64,000 nt of DNA, from positions 28,637-92,636 of the forward strand of contig JACPFQ010000004.1 in assembly GCA_016182875.1 (NCBI GenBank), in the 5' to 3' direction. Shown here piece by piece: positions 1 to 9,242 of the stretch. Position numbers and translations under genes: made by a program. The notes under the pieces are model-generated. The model did no database searches, was not told where the DNA came from, and saw nothing but the letters and a program-made list of their open reading frames with translations. How positions within the stretch are numbered: the first letter of the stretch is position 1; each line of letters starts with the position of its first letter. Source of the stretch: Candidatus Doudnabacteria bacterium. Lineage in GTDB: Bacteria; Patescibacteriota; Doudnabacteria; UBA920; O2-02-FULL-48-8.

Positions 1-105
1 ATTTTTAGCATATTGATGAATTCTGAATTTTGAATTTTGATTCAAATTCGAATTTTAGAAATTAGAATATTCATTCGAAATTCAAAACTCGAAATTCAAA
101 ATTAC
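1..105. repeat. AT-rich intergenic repeat with palindromes AAATTCGAATTT / GAATATTC
   Basis: Reverse complement is roughly 90% identical to 12455-12550. A partial copy lies at 32205-32245. Confidence 0.55.
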
Positions 106-1634
106 CTAGCGTATTCTATGACGCGTGTTTCTCTGATAACCATAACTTTTATTTCACCGGGATATTTGAGGTCCTGCTCGATCTTGTTGGCTATTTCCCG
201 CGCGAGTTTGGTGGCTGACCAATCATCAACTCTTTCCGGCTTAACAAATACCCGAATCTCTCTTCCGGCCTGGATGGCATAGACCTTCTCCACCCCTTCG
301 AACCCGGAAGCCAAGCGCTCCAGATCCTCGAGCCGCTGAATGTACTGCTCATAAGTATCCCTTCGCGCTCCCGGCCGGGAGCCGGAAATATTATCAGCCG
401 CGTCAACTATCGCCGCTTCTATGGAAGTGTACTCGACATCACCGTGGTGCGCCTCAATGGCGTTAACGATTTTCTCAGGCAGATTGAATTTCTTGGCAAT
501 CTGCTTGCCTATCTCGACGTGAGTTCCTTCCATATCCTGGTCCAAGGCCTTGCCGATGTCATGAAGAAGCGCCCCCTGTTTCACGGTCGGCACGTCCGCC
601 CCCAATTCTTCGGCCATAAGTGCGGCCAGCTTGGCCATTTCTATGGAATGCTTGAGCACGTTTTGCCCGTAACTCGTTCTGAATTTAAGGCGGCCGATGA
701 GCTGAATCAGTTTGGTGGGAAAATTCGTTATGCCAAGTTCGTAAACTGCCGCTTCCCCTGCCTCTCTAATCATCTCCGCCACTTCCTTTTTGGCCTTTTC
801 CACCGACTCTTCGATTTTAGCCGGGTGAATCCGCCCATCTTGTATCAATTTCTCCAAAGCAATTTTGGCGATATGCCTTCTTACCGAATTAAAGCCGGAA
901 ATGACCACGGTGTCCGGCGTGTCGTCGATAATCACCTCAACACCGAGCATCTGCTCGAAGGTTTTGATGTTGCGGCCTTCTTTTCCAATGATTCTGCCCT
1001 TCATTTCCTCGTTGGGAAGCGTCACGGTAGTCGTGGTCTGCTCGCTGGTAACCTCGGAAGCGCAGCGCTGGATGGCCAAAGCCACGATCTCCCGCGCTTT
1101 GCGGTCCGCTTCATCGCGCGCATTGGTCACGAGTTTTCGAGTTAAGGCCATCAGCTCCGGACCGATATTTCTTTCGGTGGCTTCAAGCAATACCCGTTTG
1201 GCGTCTTCCAAACTAAGATTGCTGATTTTCTGAAGCTGTTCCAGCTGCCGCTGCTTGATTTGTTTGAGCTCTTCGCTCGTTTTGAGCAAATCTTCCTTCT
1301 TTTGGGCCAGCTCTTCCTTGCCTTTATCAGCCTCTGTCAGTTTTTTATCCAGATCCGATTCCCTCTTGGCCAGCCTTTCTTCGACTTTCAAAATCTGGTT
1401 TCGGAAGTCTGATTCGGTTTTCTTGGCCTGGTCGACTATTTCCAAAGCCTTGGCTTTCGCTTCCAAGACCAGCTCTTTTTCCTTATTTTTGGCGTCCTCC
1501 AGACCTTTCGCCACTTTGGCTTCTAAAGACCCGACCTTGCCTGCTATCTGAATTTTGCGGATGAAATAACCGGCCACTAATCCTGCGACTAGGGCTATGA
1601 CTAAGTAAACTATGGACATGAAAAACCTTTCCAA
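102..1634 (-). CDS. rny: Ribonuclease Y (N-terminal TM helix, KH domain, HD domain)
   Basis: 510 aa. N-terminal hydrophobic helix, long coiled coil, KH motif (IIGKEGRNIK) and HD motif (LLHDIGK) match RNase Y. Confidence 0.9.
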   Translation of the reverse strand: MERFFMSIVYLVIALVAGLVAGYFIRKIQIAGKVGSLEAKVAKGLEDAKNKEKELVLEAKAKALEIVDQAKKTESDFRNQILKVEERLAKRESDLDKKLTEADKGKEELAQKKEDLLKTSEELKQIKQRQLEQLQKISNLSLEDAKRVLLEATERNIGPELMALTRKLVTNARDEADRKAREIVALAIQRCASEVTSEQTTTTVTLPNEEMKGRIIGKEGRNIKTFEQMLGVEVIIDDTPDTVVISGFNSVRRHIAKIALEKLIQDGRIHPAKIEESVEKAKKEVAEMIREAGEAAVYELGITNFPTKLIQLIGRLKFRTSYGQNVLKHSIEMAKLAALMAEELGADVPTVKQGALLHDIGKALDQDMEGTHVEIGKQIAKKFNLPEKIVNAIEAHHGDVEYTSIEAAIVDAADNISGSRPGARRDTYEQYIQRLEDLERLASGFEGVEKVYAIQAGREIRVFVKPERVDDWSATKLAREIANKIEQDLKYPGEIKVMVIRETRVIEYAR

Positions 1635-1902
1635 CTATGTTGGCTGCATCTTTATGACTGAATTGCTTTTCAGATTAGTTTCTCAGCCCAAAAACTCCCA
1701 AAGAATTGTTTGAGCTAAAATTGTCGCCGAGAAATTGAGAGAAAACTTGATTCATCAATTAACTTAAGATGCAATCAACCAGTAAAATGAGTAATCTCTG
1801 ATTTATTGAGCCCCAAATGGGCTAGCCCCAATATAACACAATTGACGATACTGTCAATAACTGCTAACTTTTAACCGTTAACCATTAACGGGAGCAAAAA
1901 AT

Positions 1903-2484
1903 ATGAAACATACATTACCACAACTTAACTATTCCTACGACGCCTTGGAGCCTCACATCGACACCAAGACCATGGAGATCCATCATACCAAGCATCACCA
2001 GGCCTACGTCGATAAGTTAAACGCAGCCTTGGAAAAATATCCGGATATCGCCGACAAGCCAATTGAGGAGCTTTTGAAGAACCTTAATTCGCTCAAAGTT
2101 GATGATGCTGACCGAACAGCTATTAGAAACCATGGGGGCGGGCATGTAAACCACTCTTTGTTTTGGAAACTGCTTGACCCTTCAAATCAAAAAGATGAAC
2201 AGCTGGTTACAGACATAAATTCAACATTTGGTTCCACTGAAGAGTTCAAGAAACAATTCAGTGATATTGCAACAAAGGTCTTTGGCTCAGGCTGGGCTTG
2301 GTTAGCAAGAGATGAAAGTGGCAAATTGCACATACACGGCATGCCAAACCAAGATTCGCCTTATCTTCACGGCCATACGCCAATAATCGGCTTGGATGTC
2401 TGGGAGCATGCCTATTATCTTAAGTACCAAAACCGCAGACCAGAATACATTGAAAACTTCTGGAAAGGCTTGAAACTATTATAA
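1903..2484 (+). CDS. sodA: Fe/Mn superoxide dismutase
   Basis: 193 aa. N-terminus HHTKHHQAYV and the C-terminal DVWEHAYY metal-ligand motif are classic for this family. Confidence 0.9.
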   Translation: MKHTLPQLNYSYDALEPHIDTKTMEIHHTKHHQAYVDKLNAALEKYPDIADKPIEELLKNLNSLKVDDADRTAIRNHGGGHVNHSLFWKLLDPSNQKDEQLVTDINSTFGSTEEFKKQFSDIATKVFGSGWAWLARDESGKLHIHGMPNQDSPYLHGHTPIIGLDVWEHAYYLKYQNRRPEYIENFWKGLKLL

Positions 2485-2505
2485 AATATTGACCTTTCCG
2501 GAACC

Positions 2506-2751
2506 GTGCTCTATTATAAATACAGAAATATGCAGATTTACTTCACGCGGCATGCTAAGAATCGTATGCGCTGGCGGAAGATAACTCTTCAAGAAGTACA
2601 CACAGTGTTAAATAATTTTGACAAGAAAGAACAGCTAACCAATTATAAATACCATTTATATAAATCAATTAATAACCGTCTACTACGTGTAACAATATCA
2701 GAAGAACAAGATAAATTAGTAATCTTAAGTATTGTAGACAAACACGACTAA
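2506..2751 (+). CDS. DUF4258-family small protein (putative toxin of a two-gene module)
   Basis: 81 aa. Motif FTRHAKNRMRWRKI. Stop lies 1 nt before the next ORF. Confidence 0.55.
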   Translation: MLYYKYRNMQIYFTRHAKNRMRWRKITLQEVHTVLNNFDKKEQLTNYKYHLYKSINNRLLRVTISEEQDKLVILSIVDKHD

Positions 2752-2752
2752 T

Positions 2753-2953
2753 ATGCAATTAGAATACGACAAAGAGGCCGATGCCTTATACATCTACTTT
2801 CAAAAAAAACAGGTTTACAGAAGCAAAGAGCTCTCCCCTGGCATTATTTTGGATTTGGACAAGCAAGGCCGACCTATTGGACTTGAAGTTTTGGATGTTT
2901 CCGAGAAAGTCCCTCAACCCGAATTGACAACATTATCAATCAAAAAAGCATAA
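2753..2953 (+). CDS. DUF2283-family small protein (putative antitoxin partner)
   Basis: 66 aa. Motif YDKEADALYIYF...GRPIGLEVLD. Translationally coupled to the upstream DUF4258 ORF. Confidence 0.55.
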   Translation: MQLEYDKEADALYIYFQKKQVYRSKELSPGIILDLDKQGRPIGLEVLDVSEKVPQPELTTLSIKKA

Positions 2954-3044
2954 AAAAATAAAATGTGGCAAACAATAATTGATTTTAGAAAAATCAAAAA
3001 GCAAGGCGTTCCTCTTGAGGAAATCCTAATGCGTCTCTAAACTT

Positions 3045-3069
3045 AAAACCGCCTTTCGGCGGTTTTTTT
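3045..3069. terminator. Bidirectional rho-independent terminator between convergent genes
   Basis: Hairpin CCGCCTTTCGGCGG flanked by an A-run and a T-run. Confidence 0.6.
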
Positions 3070-3079
3070 AAAAATTAAG

Positions 3080-4369
3080 CTAGGCGACCAGTACTTCCTC
3101 AGGCCTACTTATTTTTTTTCTGGCATGGTAGCGCTCGGCTTTTGCAGTCTCTACTTTATCTCGCTCAAGGTCAAACGATTTTAAGATAACCGCCCACTCG
3201 GTAGCTTTTTGTGACATGAGCCACAGAAGCATTAGCATGACCGAATTGTGTCCTGCAACCTTTGAGATGTAAGCATTGTATCTATCTTTTGCCTTACTCG
3301 AATCAAGTTTCTCAAGTAAAGGATCGACCGCCTCGCGAGCAGGGGAAATCATTTTATCGCCCAACCCGATAAACATGCTCAAGTCCAGCTGGCCATGGCT
3401 CAGAAGCTCCGATAAATCATCTGTGAGGTCTATCGGATTAAATTGCCTAAGTACCTTGTCAAAATCTTTAAAGCTTAGCCCTTGCCTGGCCAGCCTTTCC
3501 CTTAATTGCGCGGCAAACTTGGCATTGGTTCTTGCTAAAGCATCCTGCCAGCTGGTTCCAACTTGCACCAAAGCAGTTTGAATTTTACGGTCGGGATTTT
3601 GATGGCAAAGGTCAATCGACAGTCTGCTGGCAAGCATAGTCCCAATACTGTTGCCCATCACATGGGTCACCTTATCAATCAATGGGTCCTTCAAAATTTC
3701 TTGACGGACCTTATTGAATGTTTCGGCAACTTGTTCCGGTTTTTCGCCAATCACACTGTGCGGCAGTTGATAAGCCACGACTGGCAGCCGAAAATTTCTA
3801 AAAATTCCTTTGTACGGTGTAGTAGTCGCGCCATAGCCGCATATGAACAAGACGACTCCTTGGTTCGCACCTTCATGCTCTGCCTGCCCTTCGGGGTAAA
3901 TGACGTCCCGCTTAAGCTCCGGACATGACTGTTCCACTAACTCCAAACTTCCGCCATATCGAGCCAACAAAGCAATGGCGCTGTCACCGTTTTCAATGTC
4001 TCGATATTTATCGAAGTCTCCGACCTGCCCGCTAGTAATCTCGTTAATCATTCTATCTAAATTTCGATAAATATGTGCCCAGACTCCCTCAACCCCGTTC
4101 TGCCGATACGCTTCAGCAACTCTTAACAAATAACCGGCAAGTTCTTTTTTCTTAACCCCGCTCTCCCAAAGCCGTTTAATGTCTTCAACCAGTTCGTGAA
4201 CGGTTTCCGCTTCGTAAGGATAAACATAGGGAAAATGCTCGAACTGCACGCGCTGGATGGCCAGCCTTTCGAGTTCTGTTAAAGGCTCAGTCAAGAGCCG
4301 GTCGCTTTCCTGGGCCTGGGTATGATGAGTTTCGGGATGAGCTGAATTAGACTCTACTGTATTTCTCAT
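3080..4369 (-). CDS. Alpha/beta-hydrolase-like hypothetical protein (GxSxG nucleophile elbow)
   Basis: 429 aa. GNSIG motif preceded by a CGYG oxyanion-like motif. No specific family recognised. Confidence 0.45.
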   Translation of the reverse strand: MRNTVESNSAHPETHHTQAQESDRLLTEPLTELERLAIQRVQFEHFPYVYPYEAETVHELVEDIKRLWESGVKKKELAGYLLRVAEAYRQNGVEGVWAHIYRNLDRMINEITSGQVGDFDKYRDIENGDSAIALLARYGGSLELVEQSCPELKRDVIYPEGQAEHEGANQGVVLFICGYGATTTPYKGIFRNFRLPVVAYQLPHSVIGEKPEQVAETFNKVRQEILKDPLIDKVTHVMGNSIGTMLASRLSIDLCHQNPDRKIQTALVQVGTSWQDALARTNAKFAAQLRERLARQGLSFKDFDKVLRQFNPIDLTDDLSELLSHGQLDLSMFIGLGDKMISPAREAVDPLLEKLDSSKAKDRYNAYISKVAGHNSVMLMLLWLMSQKATEWAVILKSFDLERDKVETAKAERYHARKKISRPEEVLVA

Positions 4370-4401
4370 AAAGCAATAATAACATCATCAGGACAAGAAT
4401 C

Positions 4402-4429
4402 AAAAAACCGCCTTGCGGTGGTTTTTTTT
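4402..4429. terminator. Rho-independent terminator downstream of rplS
   Basis: AAAAAACCGCCTTGCGGTGGTTTTTTTT hairpin with T-run. Confidence 0.6.
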
Positions 4430-4772
4430 ATTCTCTAACTTTTGCTTCCTGGCCTTGCCTGGTGTAATAGAGCTTGGCTTTTCTGGCCGGTGAGGTTTTG
4501 ACCACTTCGATTTTTTCGATGCTTGGAGAGTGAATCGGGAATATGCGCTCCACGCCAATGCCGGAAGAAATCTTGCGCACGGTCACGGTGCCGTTCATTC
4601 CTTTGCCGCCCTTGGTGGCTATGACCTGGCCTTCAAATATCTGGATCCTTTCCTTTTCCTTGCCCTCGGCCGAAACGTCCTTGATCTTCTGATGCACACG
4701 GACCAAAAACCCCGGCTTGAGCACCGGCGCGTCGGCTTTGAGATGTTCTTGTTTGAATGCGGTTATTTGCAT
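4428..4772 (-). CDS. rplS: 50S ribosomal protein L19
   Basis: 114 aa. Typical bL19 sequence (GDVVEVHVKI-like core; RIQIFEG..VIATKGG). Confidence 0.9.
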   Translation of the reverse strand: MQITAFKQEHLKADAPVLKPGFLVRVHQKIKDVSAEGKEKERIQIFEGQVIATKGGKGMNGTVTVRKISSGIGVERIFPIHSPSIEKIEVVKTSPARKAKLYYTRQGQEAKVRE

Positions 4773-4803
4773 AACTTTACGAAGTACGAATATTACGAAT
4801 TTA

Positions 4804-5703
4804 CTAATATTTTAAACCCAGTTTATTTAATACGAATTTTAAATCTTCCGGGAGCTCCGAGATTAGCTCAAGCCAACTGCCATCGATCAATCTTAGTTTC
4901 AGCCTATGCGCGTGAAGGAATTGCCGGCCGATCAATTCGGCATCTTGCTGTTTAAACTTGCCGCCGTAGAGTTCGTCTCCGACCACCGGATAGCCAATAT
5001 GGCTCATGTGTACCCGTATCTGGTGAGTACGGCCTGTGTGCAATTTTACCTTAAGTAGAGAATATTGTAAAGGGTCATCAGAGGCCAATAAACTGTATTC
5101 CGTCACCGCTTCCCGCCCTTCTCCAACCTTCATCTTCTGATGAGTCCCGGCTTTGCCGATCGGAACGTCGATTATGCCGTGAAGCTTGGGCACGCCATGG
5201 ACCAAAGCCAAGTACTCCTTCTCTATGTTCCGAGTTTGAAAGAGATTTTTGAGGTACTCAAAGCCGCCGACTGTTTTGGCCACCAAAAGCAAACCGGATG
5301 TATCTTCATCAAGCCGGTGCACAATTCCGGGCCGGTGAGCGTCGCCGACTTTTTCGATGCCGGGAAATCTGGCGAGCAATGCATGCGCCAAAGTATTTCC
5401 CTCCCGACCAGCGGCCGGATGGACCATTAGTCCGGCGGGCTTATCAATCACAGCGAGGTCGGCATTCTCGAAAAGCACGGCAAGGTTTGAGGGGTGAGGT
5501 TTGAGGGGTGAGGTTTTAAACTCCGGAAGCTCAACAATATCATTTTCTGAAATCTGAAAATCTGGCTCCAAAACTTTCTGACCGTTGACCAAAACTAAGC
5601 CGTCCTTAATGGCCTTTTGAATCCTGCCGCGGGAAACTTCCGGAATTTTGCCGGATAAAAATTTATCCAGCCGGTCTGATTTGTCTACTGTAAATTTATG
5701 CAC
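4804..5703 (-). CDS. rluD: RluA-family 23S rRNA pseudouridine synthase (RluD-like) with S4 domain
   Basis: 299 aa. Catalytic motif HRLDEDTSGLLLVAK. N-terminal S4-like domain. Confidence 0.85.
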   Translation of the reverse strand: MHKFTVDKSDRLDKFLSGKIPEVSRGRIQKAIKDGLVLVNGQKVLEPDFQISENDIVELPEFKTSPLKPHPSNLAVLFENADLAVIDKPAGLMVHPAAGREGNTLAHALLARFPGIEKVGDAHRPGIVHRLDEDTSGLLLVAKTVGGFEYLKNLFQTRNIEKEYLALVHGVPKLHGIIDVPIGKAGTHQKMKVGEGREAVTEYSLLASDDPLQYSLLKVKLHTGRTHQIRVHMSHIGYPVVGDELYGGKFKQQDAELIGRQFLHAHRLKLRLIDGSWLELISELPEDLKFVLNKLGLKY

Positions 5704-5714
5704 ACTTTAATACG

Positions 5715-6038
5715 TTAAAGTATTTTAACTAATTTCTTAACGAGACGTTCACGGTCTTTAGTCATCTTAAGCAAGGTCTGCAAAGAAGAGGCTATATAAT
5801 AAGTCCGTTTCCCGACTTTTCTAGAACTAAAAAACCGTCGCCGGATTAGTTCCTCCATTAAATAATACGCTGTTGTACGCCTGACCCCCGCTCTTTTGGC
5901 TAACCGAGCCATAAGCTCGGGCCCTGATTTCAAGCCAGTATAATATATCTTTGCCTGAGCAACAGTAAATCCAAATCGAATGAGTTGAGTGACGATCTTT
6001 CGGTCAGTCATAAATGAATTATCCCAAATCATAAGCAA
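5715..6038 (-). CDS. Small helix-turn-helix DNA-binding protein (TrmB-like N-terminal HTH)
   Basis: 107 aa. AQAKIYYTGLKSGPELMARLAKRAGVRRTTAYYLMEEL resembles a TrmB winged-helix. Confidence 0.45.
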   Translation of the reverse strand: MLMIWDNSFMTDRKIVTQLIRFGFTVAQAKIYYTGLKSGPELMARLAKRAGVRRTTAYYLMEELIRRRFFSSRKVGKRTYYIASSLQTLLKMTKDRERLVKKLVKIL

Positions 6039-6132
6039 AAAGAAAAGCCGAACGAGAAAATCGTCCGGCGACTTGTATGATCACCCAGCAATGAGCATAG
6101 CTGCCTCTTCGGCCAACTCCGGTAAATACTTG

Positions 6133-6522
6133 TTACTCCCCCACGGCAAGTTGAAGACCGGTAGTCTTAGCCATTCCTTGCAGGTTAAAGAACCAGTCCC
6201 CCACTTTCCAAGACCCAATTTTTGAAGCCAGGATTCGGTAATGGCTACCCCCTTCGACAAAGGCGTTGACCGTTCTTTCTTCCAGTACCACTTGTATGTT
6301 GTCCAGTTGAATGAGCATAGAAGCCAATTCATCCAACTTAATCCGGTTTCGGGCGACACGAATGACAACAATGGTAGGTCTTTTCCGCAGCTTACGCATG
6401 TACACTTTCGTGTCACAAAAAAAAATCTTCGCAGCTGCCTTCTCGACCTTATCCACTGTTTCTGACCATGGCAGTACTTCGAATAGGTGGCATGTCCCAT
6501 TAGCTGTCGATTTTTTGCGCAT
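6133..6522 (-). CDS. Hypothetical protein
   Basis: 129-aa ORF with no recognisable motif. An overlapping alternative ORF 6081..6500 is less likely. Confidence 0.3.
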   Translation of the reverse strand: MRKKSTANGTCHLFEVLPWSETVDKVEKAAAKIFFCDTKVYMRKLRKRPTIVVIRVARNRIKLDELASMLIQLDNIQVVLEERTVNAFVEGGSHYRILASKIGSWKVGDWFFNLQGMAKTTGLQLAVGE

Positions 6523-6724
6523 CTTGACCTCCTTCCACTTGACTGGGTATTATAAGTCCTAGAGTAAAAAGTGTCAAGTTTTTCGTCACTTTTTTAGTAT
6601 TTAAAAATTCCCGCTTTGTTACAAATGTACCAAAAACGGAATGACTAGATTGCTTCATCCCCCGGATCGGAGTCCGGGGTCCTCGCAAATGCGCATCTGC
6701 GAGCCGTGACAGCGGCGTGGCAAT

Positions 6725-7471
6725 CTATTTATTTATTTCTAAACTTTTTGCACCTTTCCACGATAACTCATAGGCTTGTCGCATAGCCTCGGCAATGGCT
6801 TGGCTTTCGATTATCACAGACATATTCTCGGCATAGTTTAGAAACGCGACCTTGTTATTATAAATATTAACTTCGATTTGCGGGTCAAATTGTTCCTTGG
6901 CAACTACGAGCGTTTGCGATAATTCTTTTTCATCCAAATACCGGTGCTTGATATCCCACTTGCTGCCCTTGCCGGCAAGTCTGCGAGCCTTAATCCCCAA
7001 CGCAACCCGTTTTTGAATGTAATTTGGATCAACATTGGCCTTGCCTTCGAAATAAGCATTGGTATTGTACTCCAAAATCTCAGTAGGCTTTTCCTCCAAA
7101 GTATCATCATAAACTTTTTGAACCGCATTCGGTCCTTCATAAAAGGTGATTTTCGGTTTGGCTCCCTGTTTGTTGTAAATCGCGGCCAACTCCGGTAAGG
7201 CTTCCCTAATCCCGCTTTCCAGCTCGTTGACCAAACTTAGCAATCTTTGCGGCGGTTCGGCAACAAATCTATTTTTGCCTTTAATCTTGGTCTTGGCCAC
7301 CACACCGCGGTTAACTAGGTAAGAAAGCACGGAATAAGCAGTGGTCCGTTTAAGCCCGGCTACTGCCGCTATATCCTGGGCCGAAGCGGCGCCCGTTTCC
7401 AAACCAGCCAGGTAAACCCTGGCTTCATTGCGAGAAAACCCTAGTTTATGAAGTAATATGTTAATCGGCAT
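6725..7471 (-). CDS. TrmB-family transcriptional regulator
   Basis: 248 aa. N-terminal HTH (EARVYLAGLETGAASAQDIAAVAGLKRTTAYSVLSYLVNRGVV) plus a C-terminal TrmB-like domain. Divergent from the radical SAM operon. Confidence 0.7.
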   Translation of the reverse strand: MPINILLHKLGFSRNEARVYLAGLETGAASAQDIAAVAGLKRTTAYSVLSYLVNRGVVAKTKIKGKNRFVAEPPQRLLSLVNELESGIREALPELAAIYNKQGAKPKITFYEGPNAVQKVYDDTLEEKPTEILEYNTNAYFEGKANVDPNYIQKRVALGIKARRLAGKGSKWDIKHRYLDEKELSQTLVVAKEQFDPQIEVNIYNNKVAFLNYAENMSVIIESQAIAEAMRQAYELSWKGAKSLEINK

Positions 7472-7664
7472 TGAATTATGACGAATATTTCGTCGTCTTT
7501 AGTATAGCAAAATAATCGCTTATCTGTCAAATAATTCAGACATTAATACTGGCTACTCGTCAAAAAATGACGAGAAATATGGACATTTAGCCCTTTTTTG
7601 AATAAACTTAACCGTCACAGTAACGGATCGTTTCTTAACAACTACAACTGCCACGGAGGGAAAA

Positions 7665-9035
7665 ATGAAATTCCTGCTCATTATCCCACCCTACGTGGTG
7701 GATGAAAATGGTTTAGGCATCTGCCCTAAAAAAGCGATGCTCCCGGTCGGTCCCCTCTCCATCGCAACTGCTCTACTCACAAGGGGGCATGCAGTTGAGG
7801 CGTTGGACTTGGTCTTCGTATCAGAATGGTGCGAACGGCTCGTTTCAATTCTCCAAGCACCTTATGACCGCATTCTGCTTTCTTGCCACACCACTCGCAA
7901 CATCGCGGTCTGCAAGCAAGCCGAACCGCTTATCCGTTCATTGCAACCGGGAGCACATATTACCCTCGGCGGGAATGTCTGTGTGGATCTGGGAACTGAA
8001 GACTTCCGCAAACTTGGGCTTCATGTTGATGCTGTTGTGCGCGGCTATGGCCACGCCGACAATGTCATCAAAGCAATCGAGTGCGGGGAAAACGGAGATA
8101 TCAGGCCGCAATCAGTCCCGCAAGATCTGCCTGCCCCGGCACTGCACCTGCTTGATGAAGAAACGCACCGACAGTACCGCGAAGAAACATCAGGCGGAAA
8201 GTATCCCATGATCGGACCCGGCGGCTTCGGCTGCTACTGGTCCTGTGAGTACTGCTCAGCAAAAATGAATTCTCCGGCCGTTGTGCGGACGTGGAAAGGC
8301 ATTGAAATTGAAAGCGAAATCAATCTTGCTGTTGACTACGGATACACGCACCTCTGGTGCGTGGACAACCTGGTCATCCACAACAACGAAGAAAAAGTGT
8401 TGCGGTTCGACAGCGAGGTTGGCAAGCGCGGACTTACCTGGTCTGGTATGACCCGTCCCGAACTGGTTCTCAAACACTCGCATCTGTTCAGTAAGCTTCA
8501 CTCGCTCACGGAACTGGCAGTCGGGATCGAATCCGCTAGCCCGCAGGAACTCACGGTGTGGGGCCGAGGAAACCGAGTCGGCTATCTGGAAACCTGCCAT
8601 ATGGCAGTCCGGATAGTCCACGATGCGGGAATCGCGACCAATGCATTCGTCATGCTCGGAGGACCGGGTGCAAATGAGCAGGGTTTCTGGGAGCTTTACC
8701 GCTTTCTCAAGTCCCTGCCGCTCAGCACCATCTCGTGGTCGTTCTTTAATCCCTCACCCAAAACACTCGCGGCTGATCAACTTGAGCCCAAGCAATTCGG
8801 TTTCTACCGCTGGCCGCTGCTTTCTGCTGTACCGCCCGCTCGGGTGGTGCAGTGGGCCATGATTCTTTCGGGATCATGGTGGAGCGGCTGGCGGCTCAAC
8901 GAGTCCGATCCCTTTTTCTCGGACGACGAACGCTTCGGTATCCGGTTTGAAGAAGGGATTATATACCAACCAACAGATGCCAGGTCGGAAATAGGTGATC
9001 TTTGGGAGATCTGGCGCAGAGGGAGGATGGCATGA
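7665..9035 (+). CDS. B12-binding-domain radical SAM enzyme (class B-like)
   Basis: 456 aa. N-terminal Rossmann-like B12-binding region. CxxxCxxC motif CYWSCEYC. No SPASM-type C-terminal cysteines. GC is visibly higher than in neighbouring genes. Confidence 0.75.
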   Translation: MKFLLIIPPYVVDENGLGICPKKAMLPVGPLSIATALLTRGHAVEALDLVFVSEWCERLVSILQAPYDRILLSCHTTRNIAVCKQAEPLIRSLQPGAHITLGGNVCVDLGTEDFRKLGLHVDAVVRGYGHADNVIKAIECGENGDIRPQSVPQDLPAPALHLLDEETHRQYREETSGGKYPMIGPGGFGCYWSCEYCSAKMNSPAVVRTWKGIEIESEINLAVDYGYTHLWCVDNLVIHNNEEKVLRFDSEVGKRGLTWSGMTRPELVLKHSHLFSKLHSLTELAVGIESASPQELTVWGRGNRVGYLETCHMAVRIVHDAGIATNAFVMLGGPGANEQGFWELYRFLKSLPLSTISWSFFNPSPKTLAADQLEPKQFGFYRWPLLSAVPPARVVQWAMILSGSWWSGWRLNESDPFFSDDERFGIRFEEGIIYQPTDARSEIGDLWEIWRRGRMA

Positions 9036-9109
9036 AGAAGAACGAAAAACCCGAGATCATCGATCTCGGGCCGTATGACAAGCGGCCGTCCGGGCAGCAG
9101 CCCGGGTAG
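9032..9109 (+). CDS. Small peptide A (25 aa) MKKNEKPEIIDLGPYDKRPSGQQPG; candidate precursor peptide
   Basis: ATG overlaps the rSAM stop (ATGA). GGGAGGA lies just upstream. Shares the C-terminal motif PY..RP.GQQPG with peptide B. Confidence 0.5.
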   Translation: MKKNEKPEIIDLGPYDKRPSGQQPG

Positions 9110-9146
9110 GCCGCAAAAATCCAAAACAGAAAGGAGGTGATTTGAG

Positions 9147-9230
9147 ATGGCGGAGAAGGAACCGGCTCCCAAGCCGGCACCGCCCGAGGAGCCCTATCCG
9201 GGACGCCCGAAAGGCCAGCAACCCGGCTAG
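9147..9230 (+). CDS. Small peptide B (27 aa) MAEKEPAPKPAPPEEPYPGRPKGQQPG; candidate precursor peptide
   Basis: Perfect RBS AAGGAGGTGA 6-7 nt upstream. Pro-rich. C-terminus is homologous to peptide A. Followed by a terminator. Confidence 0.5.
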   Translation: MAEKEPAPKPAPPEEPYPGRPKGQQPG

Positions 9231-9242
9231 ACCCGCTCCCCG

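Noticed and set aside
6081-6522. Two overlapping minus-strand ORFs (6081..6500 and 6133..6522) as a split TrmB regulator together with 5715..6038
   Set aside because: On the minus strand the putative C-terminal-like ORF would precede the HTH ORF, which is inconsistent with a simple frameshifted TrmB. No clear motif was found. It is kept as low-confidence hypothetical.
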